A stretch of 52,645 nt of DNA from assembly GCA_964573815.1 (NCBI GenBank), contig CAZNMJ010000002.1:1-52645 (forward strand), written 5' to 3'. Source of the stretch: an uncultured Anaerolineales bacterium. GTDB taxonomy: Bacteria; Chloroflexota; Anaerolineae; UBA7937; B3-Chlor. Both the position numbers and the translations under genes were made by a program. Of this stretch, positions 1-7,937 are shown piece after piece. Numbering within the stretch: position 1 is the first letter of the stretch; each line of letters starts with the position of its first letter. The notes below the pieces were generated by a model that was not told the DNA's origin, ran no database searches, and saw nothing but the letters and a program-made list of their open reading frames with translations.

Positions 1-252
1 ATCGGGCACCATCCGCACGTCGTACAGGGAACGACATCTTACGGAAGCGGGTTCATCGCGTATAGCCTCGGCAACTTCGTCTTCGATCTCGACGTTGTGG
101 AGAGGGCGCGGGAAGGCGCCATACTGCGAGTCCTCCTTGGTGACGACGGTGTTGAGGCAGCGGAACTGATTCCCGTGCGCATCGCAGATGATGTGCAGCC
201 ACGGTTCCTCGCCGATGAAGAAGGGCGACCTATTGTGGAGCGGGTGTTCTAG
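1..252 (+). CDS. CapA-family (PGA_cap, metallophosphatase-like) protein, C-terminal fragment; 5' end lies outside the window
   Basis: Frame 1 is open from base 1 to TAG 250-252; it is absent from the ORF track because it has no in-window start. Translation IGHHPHVVQGTTSYGSGFIAYSLGNFVFD... carries the GHHPHV and YSLGNFxFD motifs. It is clearly paralogous to GHHPHVVGGVAFLDQGFVAYSLGNFIFD in the 2140-4977 product. Confidence 0.8.
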   Translation: MGHHPHVVQGTTSYGSGFIAYSLGNFVFDLDVVERAREGAILRVLLGDDGVEAAELIPVRIADDVQPRFLADEEGRPIVERVF

Positions 253-286
253 GTCGCCATGAGTGAGGTGAAGGCGGCGATCGGGT

Positions 287-315
287 TTGACCACGGTTGG
301 GGCTTACACTAGAAT
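287..315 (+). promoter_or_regulatory. sigma70-type promoter candidate for the 344-6844 gene string
   Basis: TTGACC (287-292), 17-nt spacer, TAGAAT (310-315). GGAGG at 332-336 sits 7 nt before ATG 344. Confidence 0.45.
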
Positions 316-343
316 TCCGGTGGGACGGTTCGGAGGTTGAACT

Positions 344-2143
344 ATGGCCAGACTCGGCCAGATGCTGAGAGAGGCGCGGGAGCGCAAAGCATACTCGTTC
401 CGGGAGATCGAGCAGGCCACGGGGCTGTGGCCGGAGTACATCAAGGCCCTGGAGACCGAGGACTTCCGCGCGTTTACGAGCGTCGCTCATGTGAGGAGTT
501 CGCTCCGACTCTACGCGCGATTCCTTGGATTGAATGTCAAGCACGTATTTGCCCTCTGGGAAGAGGCGCTGGCTGAGCAAACCTCCATTCCGCAGGAGAC
601 AACTGCCACCTCCATCAGCCCTCTATACGCGGCGGTGATCAAAGGGTTGCTGGTTTGCCTCGCTGTCTTGCTCTTCGCGACTGGGCTTATTGGTGGCTAC
701 AGGTGGCTGGCAAATCGCCCGAGCGCCGACGCTACGCCTCCGGTGATTGGACCGGGGGAGACGCCTCGTCCTCCGTCGGCGAGATCCACCCCGTCGCCCA
801 CCCCGTATTCACCTATCAGTAGCACTGCAGTGCCTCGCTATACGATCACGGCCACGTTAGACTACCAAGGGCATCACTTGGACGTGCAGGAGAGGATTGA
901 CTATGCGAATCGTACCGACGAGTCGCTGCAGGACGTCGTGTTGAACGTGTTCCCGAACCACGATCCGGACATTTTCACCTTGAATAGTCTTAGCCTGGAG
1001 TTCGGTGCCGGTCCAGTGGTTCCCAACCACGCCCTTGAGGACATGACCCTGCGAGTGCCTTTGCCTCAGGAATTGGCACCCGGGCAAGTGGCCACCATAT
1101 TCCTGGACTTCGCCCTGGACCTGCCCTACATAGATCCGGCGGCAAGCTTCACCACGGGCACCCTGGGCTGGTCGGAGCGAGCGGTAGATGTCGGCCACTG
1201 GTATCCAGCGCTGGCACCGTTCCTACCAGGAGAGGGTTGGTATACCTTTAGCTACCACTGGGTTGGTGACCCCTACGTGATGGAGGAAGCTGACTACGAG
1301 ATACACATCCATGCGCCCGACGGCGTAACAGTGGCGGGCAGCGGGAGCGAGGAGCGTGACGGCAACACATGGCGCTACAGTATGTCGCAGGCTCGCTCCT
1401 TCGCCTTCGCCGCCAGCGACCAGTACCTTACCCACAGTACGGAGATAGACGGCATCACTGTCACTTCCTACCATTTCCCCGGCCATGCCGATGCTGGGGT
1501 CGAGGTAGCCCGCGTCGCTGCCGAGGCACTACAGACTTACGGCGACCAGTTCGGTGTGCGCTATCCTTATCTTGAGTACAGGGTAGCGGAGACCGAATTC
1601 GCCGGCGGCATGGAGTTTTCGGGTCTCTCCTTCCTGGGGTCTCTGTGGTACGCCACATATCCGGGTGGCGTGCGCTGTCAGTTGGTGTCCCTGTTGGTGC
1701 ACGAGGTGTCTCACCAGTGGTGGTACGGTTTGGTGGGCAACGATCAGGTGAGAGAGCCTTGGCTCGACGAGGCTCTGGCCACTTACAGTGGTCTTCTGTT
1801 CTACAGACTAAGGTACCCTGATGACCACCAATGGGCGTGGGAATTCGAGGTGTTGAACTATCAGCCGTCGGGGCCCATAAACGCCACCATCTACGATTTC
1901 GACGATCAAGCGTCCTATATGGACACAGTTTACCGTCACGGGGCGCTCTTCCTTGCCGACCTGCGAAACGTTATAGGCGATGAAACGTTCTATGCTTTCC
2001 TGCGGGACTACTGCCAGAGCCAGAGCCACACGATGAGCGCCACCGAGGATTTCTTCTTCGTTGCGTCCCGCCACACCAGCCACGATCTTACGCCACTGTT
2101 GGATGAGTATTTCACTCCTGAGGAAGGCGAAGGTCAACAGTGA
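344..2143 (+). CDS. RodZ-type HTH plus single TM anchor fused to an M1-family (gluzincin) zinc metallopeptidase domain
   Basis: The N-terminus MARLGQMLREARERKAYSFREIEQATGLWPEYIKALETEDF is the Xre/RodZ-like HTH. It is followed by a hydrophobic span LLVCLAVLLFATGLIGG and a Pro/Ser-rich linker. The C-terminal part has HEVSHQWWYGLVGNDQVREPWLDEALA, i.e. HExxH with a Glu 19 residues after the second His, the M1 peptidase spacing. Confidence 0.85.
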   Translation: MARLGQMLREARERKAYSFREIEQATGLWPEYIKALETEDFRAFTSVAHVRSSLRLYARFLGLNVKHVFALWEEALAEQTSIPQETTATSISPLYAAVIKGLLVCLAVLLFATGLIGGYRWLANRPSADATPPVIGPGETPRPPSARSTPSPTPYSPISSTAVPRYTITATLDYQGHHLDVQERIDYANRTDESLQDVVLNVFPNHDPDIFTLNSLSLEFGAGPVVPNHALEDMTLRVPLPQELAPGQVATIFLDFALDLPYIDPAASFTTGTLGWSERAVDVGHWYPALAPFLPGEGWYTFSYHWVGDPYVMEEADYEIHIHAPDGVTVAGSGSEERDGNTWRYSMSQARSFAFAASDQYLTHSTEIDGITVTSYHFPGHADAGVEVARVAAEALQTYGDQFGVRYPYLEYRVAETEFAGGMEFSGLSFLGSLWYATYPGGVRCQLVSLLVHEVSHQWWYGLVGNDQVREPWLDEALATYSGLLFYRLRYPDDHQWAWEFEVLNYQPSGPINATIYDFDDQASYMDTVYRHGALFLADLRNVIGDETFYAFLRDYCQSQSHTMSATEDFFFVASRHTSHDLTPLLDEYFTPEEGEGQQ

Positions 2144-4977
2144 GTCAGCTGCGGAGACGCTCGCGCTGCCTCCTCTCCATCCTCCCGCTGATCGCCCTCG
2201 CTCCCCTCGGCTGTGGGACGCCAGTAACTGAATCCACTTCCTCGGCGCCGGCTACCTACTCCGACGAAGCGACGGCGAACGCCGCACGCCCTTGCCTGGC
2301 CGTGGCCCAAGATCTGTGGGACGACGAGAGAGAGCTGTTCGGCAGCCTGGAGCGGGCCTATTCTGACTGTCCTGCGGGGCCAGCAGAAGGGTCATCTGAG
2401 GCGATGGCTTGGTGGCGCTCTGGCGATTCCGAGCTGGCGCTGGTCAGCGGCCCGTCTCCCGGGGAGGGGGCGGAACCGGTGCGGACGGAGCCTTACGCGC
2501 TGATCGCCCATGTGGCTTCTCCCTTTGATGATGTGCCCTTGGCGTGGCTCCGAGACGTCTTCCAGGATCCGGGAGAACATACCGTGGTGCTCGCCAGAGG
2601 CGGCCTTGCGGTCAAGGAGCTGCTGCATGTCGATGAACTCGCTATAGATGCCGTACACGTTTCATCTTGGGAAGAGGCGAAGGACTGGGTGGCGCAGGAC
2701 AGAGCAGCACTCGCCCTGGTGCCGTGGCGAGCGGTTGACTTTCACGTCCGAGTCCTGGCCATCGACGGGCAGGCGATAGGCCCCGGGGATGCAGAGAGCT
2801 ATGCCTACCACCGGCGCTGGTGGCTGACTGGCGCTGTGGAAGACCACTGGGAGTTGTGCCAGGCACTGCGCGAAGGTCTGGTTGATCACACCGGACCTCT
2901 GATCAGCTTCGTTGCCGTCGGCGACGTGATGCTGGGACGGGGGGTCGGCCGACTCATGGCCGCCAACTCACCTCACTATCCCTTTCTCCTCACTCGCGAG
3001 CTGACCAATGCTGCGGATGTCGCCTTCGCCAATCTGGAATGCCCTCTGACCTTAAGGGGCGCTCCGCAAGGGGGGATCGCCCTTCGAGCCAGTCCAAGGG
3101 CGGTGGAGGGCCTGAGCGATGCGGGGTTTGATGTACTGTCCCTGGCAAACAACCACACCGATGACTACGGGCCAGTCGGCTTGCTGGATACTATGGGTGC
3201 TCTGGAAGAAAGGGGGATCGCCTATGTGGGAGTCGGGGGCGACACGAGTGCTGATCGTTCTACCGTTGTGATTGATGCGCGTGGGGTAAAGATTGCCTTT
3301 CTGGCCTACAATCACATCGAACCGCGGTATGTTCACGAGCAGGGCAGCGCGGGCGGTCCCGTGTGGCTGGAGCCGGAAGTCGTGTACGATGAGGTGCGAC
3401 GGGCCAGAGATCTAGCTGATGTCATGGTGGTGTCTTTCCACTGGGGCACCGAGTACGTTCCCGTGCCAGACACCTTCCAAACGGAGGTGGCGCGCAGAAC
3501 AGTGGAGGCGGGGGCCGACTTGGTCCTCGGGCACCACCCTCACGTGGTAGGAGGGGTAGCCTTCTTGGATCAGGGCTTCGTCGCCTACAGTCTGGGCAAC
3601 TTCATCTTCGACCAGCCCTTTTCCGTGGAGACGGAGCAAGGGCTGATGCTCCAGGCTTTGTTGGACGGTGCAGGCTTGAAGCAGGTTCGTCTCGTGCCAG
3701 TGCACATCGAGGCAGGGCAGGCGAGGGTGCTGCCGCAACCGGAGTCAACTTCCGTCCTGGCAGAGGTCTTCGAGCTAGCGGAAAGCCTGGTGGGTCTGCC
3801 CGGTGACTCATACGGCATACTCGGACACGAGAAACGCAGCAGCCATCTGACGGTGGAGTGGACGGCAGAGCTTGGGGAGAAGGTAACAGTTCTGAGGACG
3901 AATGACTTGGATGCGGACGGGGAATCCGAGGTCTTGGTGGCCGCCGGAAGGGCCACCGGGCCAGGCCGCGTGTATGCGCTCGGTGCTGACGGTGACATCC
4001 GATGGGAGTTCGAGACCGAAGACTGTGTGGAAAGCATAGTCGCCGGCGACGTAGATGGCGATGCTTTGGGCGAGGTCATCGTGAGTTCGGGTTTGCTGGA
4101 CAACGCTGGGTCCATCCACGCAGTTGACCATGACGGACAACCACAGTGGCGTCATACAGTGGAGGCTGCCGTTCTGGACACCGCGTTGGGCGACGTGGAT
4201 GGAGACGGGCGATGGGAAGTCGCCGCCGGAGAATGGGGCAGCTTTGGGGATACCATCTACTCGCTGGATGGTGATGGTAGCTTGAGGTGGAAATACCCGA
4301 CTGGAGGATCGGTGAGCGTGGTCCGCGTCGCCGACCTTGACGGCGATGGTAGTGCAGAGGTGCTCGCAGGTGCCGAAAATGCCTACGTATTGACGAGTGA
4401 CGGGCGCCTGCTCTGGAGGTATCCAACGGCAGGTTTCGTGAATCACTTGGCCGTCGGGTCGGAGAACAGCCATGGTAGGAAAACGATAGTCGTCACTACT
4501 GAGTATCCGGACTCGTCTGTCTTGACCTTCAGTGGCAACGGCGAGCTCTTGTGGCGATATCTAGCGGGGAGTTCGCCCACCGATGTTGTGGCGGCAGATG
4601 TGGAAGGTGATGGGGCCACCGAGGTGCTTGTTGGATTGATGGACGGGCGCATTTGCCTGTTGGGCAGCGACGGGTCGCTGCGGTGGGAGTATCAAGCTCG
4701 GGATACTGTGAACGATCTGGCCTTGGCCGATCTGGACGGAGATGGGGTCAAAGAACTCGTGGCGGCCACGGGCGACTATTTCTCCTCGGGCGGGGTTTGG
4801 GTCCTGGATGTGGCCACTGGCGCGGTTTGTGGGTTCTACGAGGGATTGGGCTGGGTCACCACATTTGACGTGGCTGACCTGGACCACGACGGAGCAGATG
4901 AGATAGCGGCTGGCACAGGCGAGGGTGACGTGCTGCTCCTGCGCTGGGGCAGCGGGGTGAGTGGATGCGCAGAGTGA
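2140..4977 (+). CDS. Secreted or lipoprotein CapA-family (PGA_cap) domain fused to an FG-GAP/VCBS-like repeat beta-propeller
   Basis: GTG start overlaps the upstream TGA. Signal peptide has a lipobox-like LAPLGC. CapA motifs present: FVAVGDVMLGRG, NLECPL, SLANNHTDDYG, SFHWGTEY, GHHPHVVGG, YSLGNFIFD. The C-terminal 350 aa carry seven clear DxDGDGxxE(V/I) repeats plus one degenerate repeat. Confidence 0.85.
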   Translation: MSQLRRRSRCLLSILPLIALAPLGCGTPVTESTSSAPATYSDEATANAARPCLAVAQDLWDDERELFGSLERAYSDCPAGPAEGSSEAMAWWRSGDSELALVSGPSPGEGAEPVRTEPYALIAHVASPFDDVPLAWLRDVFQDPGEHTVVLARGGLAVKELLHVDELAIDAVHVSSWEEAKDWVAQDRAALALVPWRAVDFHVRVLAIDGQAIGPGDAESYAYHRRWWLTGAVEDHWELCQALREGLVDHTGPLISFVAVGDVMLGRGVGRLMAANSPHYPFLLTRELTNAADVAFANLECPLTLRGAPQGGIALRASPRAVEGLSDAGFDVLSLANNHTDDYGPVGLLDTMGALEERGIAYVGVGGDTSADRSTVVIDARGVKIAFLAYNHIEPRYVHEQGSAGGPVWLEPEVVYDEVRRARDLADVMVVSFHWGTEYVPVPDTFQTEVARRTVEAGADLVLGHHPHVVGGVAFLDQGFVAYSLGNFIFDQPFSVETEQGLMLQALLDGAGLKQVRLVPVHIEAGQARVLPQPESTSVLAEVFELAESLVGLPGDSYGILGHEKRSSHLTVEWTAELGEKVTVLRTNDLDADGESEVLVAAGRATGPGRVYALGADGDIRWEFETEDCVESIVAGDVDGDALGEVIVSSGLLDNAGSIHAVDHDGQPQWRHTVEAAVLDTALGDVDGDGRWEVAAGEWGSFGDTIYSLDGDGSLRWKYPTGGSVSVVRVADLDGDGSAEVLAGAENAYVLTSDGRLLWRYPTAGFVNHLAVGSENSHGRKTIVVTTEYPDSSVLTFSGNGELLWRYLAGSSPTDVVAADVEGDGATEVLVGLMDGRICLLGSDGSLRWEYQARDTVNDLALADLDGDGVKELVAATGDYFSSGGVWVLDVATGAVCGFYEGLGWVTTFDVADLDHDGADEIAAGTGEGDVLLLRWGSGVSGCAE

Positions 4978-5870
4978 TCTTGCCGCTGCTCGTGGCTGCG
5001 GTTCTGTGGCCCATCTCTGGCTGTTCTCAGCACAGGAGCCCTGTTCCGACCTCTACGGAGATCGGCACGGCCGTCTCAGCACGCCCAGCGACGTCTCAGG
5101 TGGGTGAGCCTACCGTTGTGCCCACACCGACCGAGACCACCGTCCCGGCGCGACGTGGTCAGAAGCTGCTGGGAGAATCGTGGGAGGGGAGGTCGATTTC
5201 AGGTCACTGGTTTGGGAGCGGTGAGCAGAAGGTGGTTCTGGTGGGCAACATCCATGGCGGCACCGAGGAGAACACCCATTGGCTGGCCTTGGAGTTGATC
5301 AGCTACTTCGACGAACACACTGATGAGGTGCCTTCAGAGGTCACCTTGTGGATCATACCCACCGCCAATCCCGACGGCTTGGCCAACGATACCAGGCGCA
5401 ACGCTCGCGGCGTGGATCTCAATCGGAACGCAGACAACGACCGCGATTCATGCAAGCGAAACGATTGGGTCAGTGATACGTACACTACGGACGGTGTGAT
5501 CGAGGGTGGAGGCGGTTCATTTCCCTTCTCCGAAGTGGAGACACGCTTGCTTCGTGACTTCCTGGCCGACGCTCAGGTGGCGATATTCTATCACAGTATG
5601 GCCGGCATGATCTCTACCACTTCCTGTGCCGATCACCCTCCTTCGGCAGAATTGGCTCGTCGCCTGTCAGAAGCGACGGGGTATCCTTTCGTGGAGGAGG
5701 GCTGGGCTTCCTATCCTGTTACGGGTGCCATGGTCGACTACCTGGCCTATCAAGGCGTGGCCGCAGTGGAAGTGGAGTTGACGGGGAATTTTGACCTGGA
5801 GCTCGACAGGAACCTGGCGGGAGTGAGGGCGGTCATGGAGTCGGTGAACGAGATAGTCTCCTCTCGGTGA
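4965..5870 (+). CDS. M14-family zinc carboxypeptidase-like lipoprotein
   Basis: Signal peptide with lipobox ISGC. Motifs GNIHGGTEENTH and IPTANPDGLANDTRRNARGVDLNRN match the M14 NPDG...GVDLNRN pattern. The start overlaps the upstream gene by 13 nt. Confidence 0.8.
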   Translation: MRRVILPLLVAAVLWPISGCSQHRSPVPTSTEIGTAVSARPATSQVGEPTVVPTPTETTVPARRGQKLLGESWEGRSISGHWFGSGEQKVVLVGNIHGGTEENTHWLALELISYFDEHTDEVPSEVTLWIIPTANPDGLANDTRRNARGVDLNRNADNDRDSCKRNDWVSDTYTTDGVIEGGGGSFPFSEVETRLLRDFLADAQVAIFYHSMAGMISTTSCADHPPSAELARRLSEATGYPFVEEGWASYPVTGAMVDYLAYQGVAAVEVELTGNFDLELDRNLAGVRAVMESVNEIVSSR

Positions 5871-5911
5871 GGAGGAGAGGGCACGATGTACTCGTTTGTG
5901 GAAAGTGTGAC

Positions 5912-6844
5912 ATGGAGCTAGTGCCAGCGGAACAACTTCCTGAGGACTACCGCTCGGGTTTCGTGGCTGTCATGGGCAGGCCCAACGTGGGGAAGTCAAC
6001 TCTGATCAATGGCTACGTGGGACAGAAGGTGGCGATCGTGTCCCCCAAGCCCCAGACTACGCGTCGACGGCTGCGGGGCATACTCACGTTGCCCCAGGCG
6101 CAGATTGTGTTCATTGACACGCCAGGCATCCACGAGCCCCGCCACAAACTGGGAGAATACATGGTCGAGGCGGCTGTGAGAGCCATACCTGACGGCGATG
6201 TCGTGTTGTTCGTGGTGGATGTCTCGGTGCCACCGCGGGCCGAAGACGTACAACTGGCCCGATTGATAAAGGAACGAGCCGCCGGGCCCTGCATCTTGGT
6301 GATGAACAAGGTTGACCTCCTATCGATGGAGAAAGAAGAGGAGCGTCGACAAGCTTACCTCTCCCTGGCGGACTGCGAAGAGTCGATCATGTTCTCTGCC
6401 ACCGAGGGATACAATCGCGACGAGCTACTCAATCTCATCATCCAGCGCTTGCCGTTGGGGCCACAGCTCTATCCCCCGGACCAGATTACGGACCAGCCCT
6501 TACGTTTCATGGCTGCGGAACTCATTCGTGAACAGGTGTTGCACTCCCTGTATCACGAAGTGCCCCACTGGGTGGCTGTGGTGGTCGAGGAGTTCGAGGA
6601 GCGACGCGAGGATCTGACGTACATCGAGGCCACAGTGTACGTGGCCAAGGACAGCCAGAAAGGGATTGTCATCGGCGCGGGGGGCAAGATGCTCAAGCGC
6701 ATCGGACAAGCCGCCCGAAAGGAGATAGAGTGCCTCTTGGGGACGAAGGTCTACCTGGAGCTGTGGGTCAAGGTCCGGAAGCGATGGCTCAGTGACGAGG
6801 CTGCATTGCGCCACCTGGGGTATGTAGTGCCCAAGAAGCGATGA
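5912..6844 (+). CDS. era: GTPase Era
   Basis: GFVAVMGRPNVGKSTLIN (G1), DTPGIH (G3), NKVD (G4) and a C-terminal KH domain (VYVAKDSQKGIVIGAGGKMLKRIG). ATG 5912 gives a typical Era N-terminus. The ORF-track start GTG 5867, overlapping the upstream TGA, is an alternative. Confidence 0.9.
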   Translation: MELVPAEQLPEDYRSGFVAVMGRPNVGKSTLINGYVGQKVAIVSPKPQTTRRRLRGILTLPQAQIVFIDTPGIHEPRHKLGEYMVEAAVRAIPDGDVVLFVVDVSVPPRAEDVQLARLIKERAAGPCILVMNKVDLLSMEKEEERRQAYLSLADCEESIMFSATEGYNRDELLNLIIQRLPLGPQLYPPDQITDQPLRFMAAELIREQVLHSLYHEVPHWVAVVVEEFEERREDLTYIEATVYVAKDSQKGIVIGAGGKMLKRIGQAARKEIECLLGTKVYLELWVKVRKRWLSDEAALRHLGYVVPKKR

Positions 6845-6912
6845 TGGCCCGATCGGCCAAAGGTCACCTACGGGCTGGCACGCACCGGGGTCTGGCCGGG
6901 GGGGAAGTTGAG

Positions 6913-6921
6913 TGGTATAAT
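6913..6921 (+). promoter_or_regulatory. Extended -10 promoter candidate (TGGTATAAT) upstream of the DUF3795/HD genes
   Basis: TGGTATAAT at 6913-6921 in the era/DUF3795 intergenic region. The same 9-mer type recurs upstream of several other operons in this window. The -35 is poor. Confidence 0.3.
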
Positions 6922-7001
6922 CGCTGCCCAGGGCAACCGTACTGCCAGACGGGGAACGACTCCACTCGGCGTCATGATCGGTCGAGAATGAGGTGAATGA
7001 C

Positions 7002-7352
7002 ATGTCGCAGACGATCGCAGCTTGCGGGTTGGACTGTGCCCAATGTGACATACGGCAGGCCAGAGACGATCCGGCGCTAGCCCAGGAGATCATCGACTGG
7101 TTCAAGAGGGAGTTGGACGTAGAGGTCAAGGCGGAGGATCTTCGCTGCGACTGGTGCAAGGGGGACAGAGCCAACCATTGGTCCCCTGACTGCTGGATAC
7201 TAGAGTGCTGCGTGGATGACAAAGGACTGGAGTTTTGCCATCAGTGCGGGGATTTCCCGTGCCAGGAGCTGAGCGACTGGGCGAAGAAGAGCCAGAAATA
7301 CAGCGGCGCGTTCGAGAGGCTTAGGAGGATGAGCGTAACAGGAGAGGCTTAA
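7002..7352 (+). CDS. DUF3795-like cysteine-rich protein
   Basis: CGLDCAQCD ... CDWCKG ... CWILECC ... FCHQCGDFPC cysteine pattern. GAGGTG lies 8 nt before ATG 7002; the ORF-track start GTG 6993 is an alternative. Confidence 0.7.
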   Translation: MSQTIAACGLDCAQCDIRQARDDPALAQEIIDWFKRELDVEVKAEDLRCDWCKGDRANHWSPDCWILECCVDDKGLEFCHQCGDFPCQELSDWAKKSQKYSGAFERLRRMSVTGEA

Positions 7353-7356
7353 GAGG

Positions 7357-7935
7357 ATGAGTGTAACGCGAGAGGATGCATGGCAACTGGTGAACGAGTT
7401 CACCAAGAATCAGAACCTCGTCCGGCATATGTTGGCAGTGGAGGCGGGAATGCGGGCCTATGCCCGTAAGTTTGGTGAGGATGAGGAGCTGTGGGGCATC
7501 GTGGGATTGATCCACGACTTCGACTACGAACAGAACCCCGATCTCACAGTGGAAGGGCATCCCGTCACCGGTGCCAAGATACTGCGGGAGAGGAACTGGC
7601 CCGAGGACATCGTGAGAGCTGTCCTGTCTCACGCCAGCGAATACACTGGCGTGCCTCGCGAATCACTAATGGAAAAGACGCTCTACGCGGTCGATGACTT
7701 GACGGGCCTCTTGGTGGCAGTGGCTCTTGTGCGGCCCAGCAAGGACATTCGCGACGTCAAGCTCAAGTCCGTGCGCAAGAAGTGGAAGGACAAGGCCTTT
7801 GCGGCGGCAGTCAATCGTGAGGAGATTGAGAAAGCCGCCGCGGACCTGGAACTTGACCTGAGCGAGCACATTCAGACCGTGCTCGACGCCATGAAGGAGA
7901 TCGCTCCCGAACTAGCTTTGGCCGGGCAGGCGTAG
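7357..7935 (+). CDS. HD-domain metal-dependent phosphohydrolase
   Basis: VRHMLAVEAGMRAYA ... GLIHDFDYE (H...HD motif) and size typical of small HDIG/HD proteins. Confidence 0.8.
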   Translation: MSVTREDAWQLVNEFTKNQNLVRHMLAVEAGMRAYARKFGEDEELWGIVGLIHDFDYEQNPDLTVEGHPVTGAKILRERNWPEDIVRAVLSHASEYTGVPRESLMEKTLYAVDDLTGLLVAVALVRPSKDIRDVKLKSVRKKWKDKAFAAAVNREEIEKAAADLELDLSEHIQTVLDAMKEIAPELALAGQA

Positions 7936-7937
7936 GC

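Noticed and set aside
1-4977. Calling the left-edge genes a poly-gamma-glutamate synthesis (cap/pgs) operon.
   Set aside because: No CapB/PgsB ligase or CapC/PgsC is present in the window, and CapA-like PGA_cap domains occur widely outside PGA systems. Only the domain family is asserted.
6500-7222. 240-aa minus-strand ORF spanning the era 3' end, the intergenic region and the DUF3795 gene.
   Set aside because: It overlaps two well-supported plus-strand genes and a promoter-like element. It has no SD and no family resemblance.
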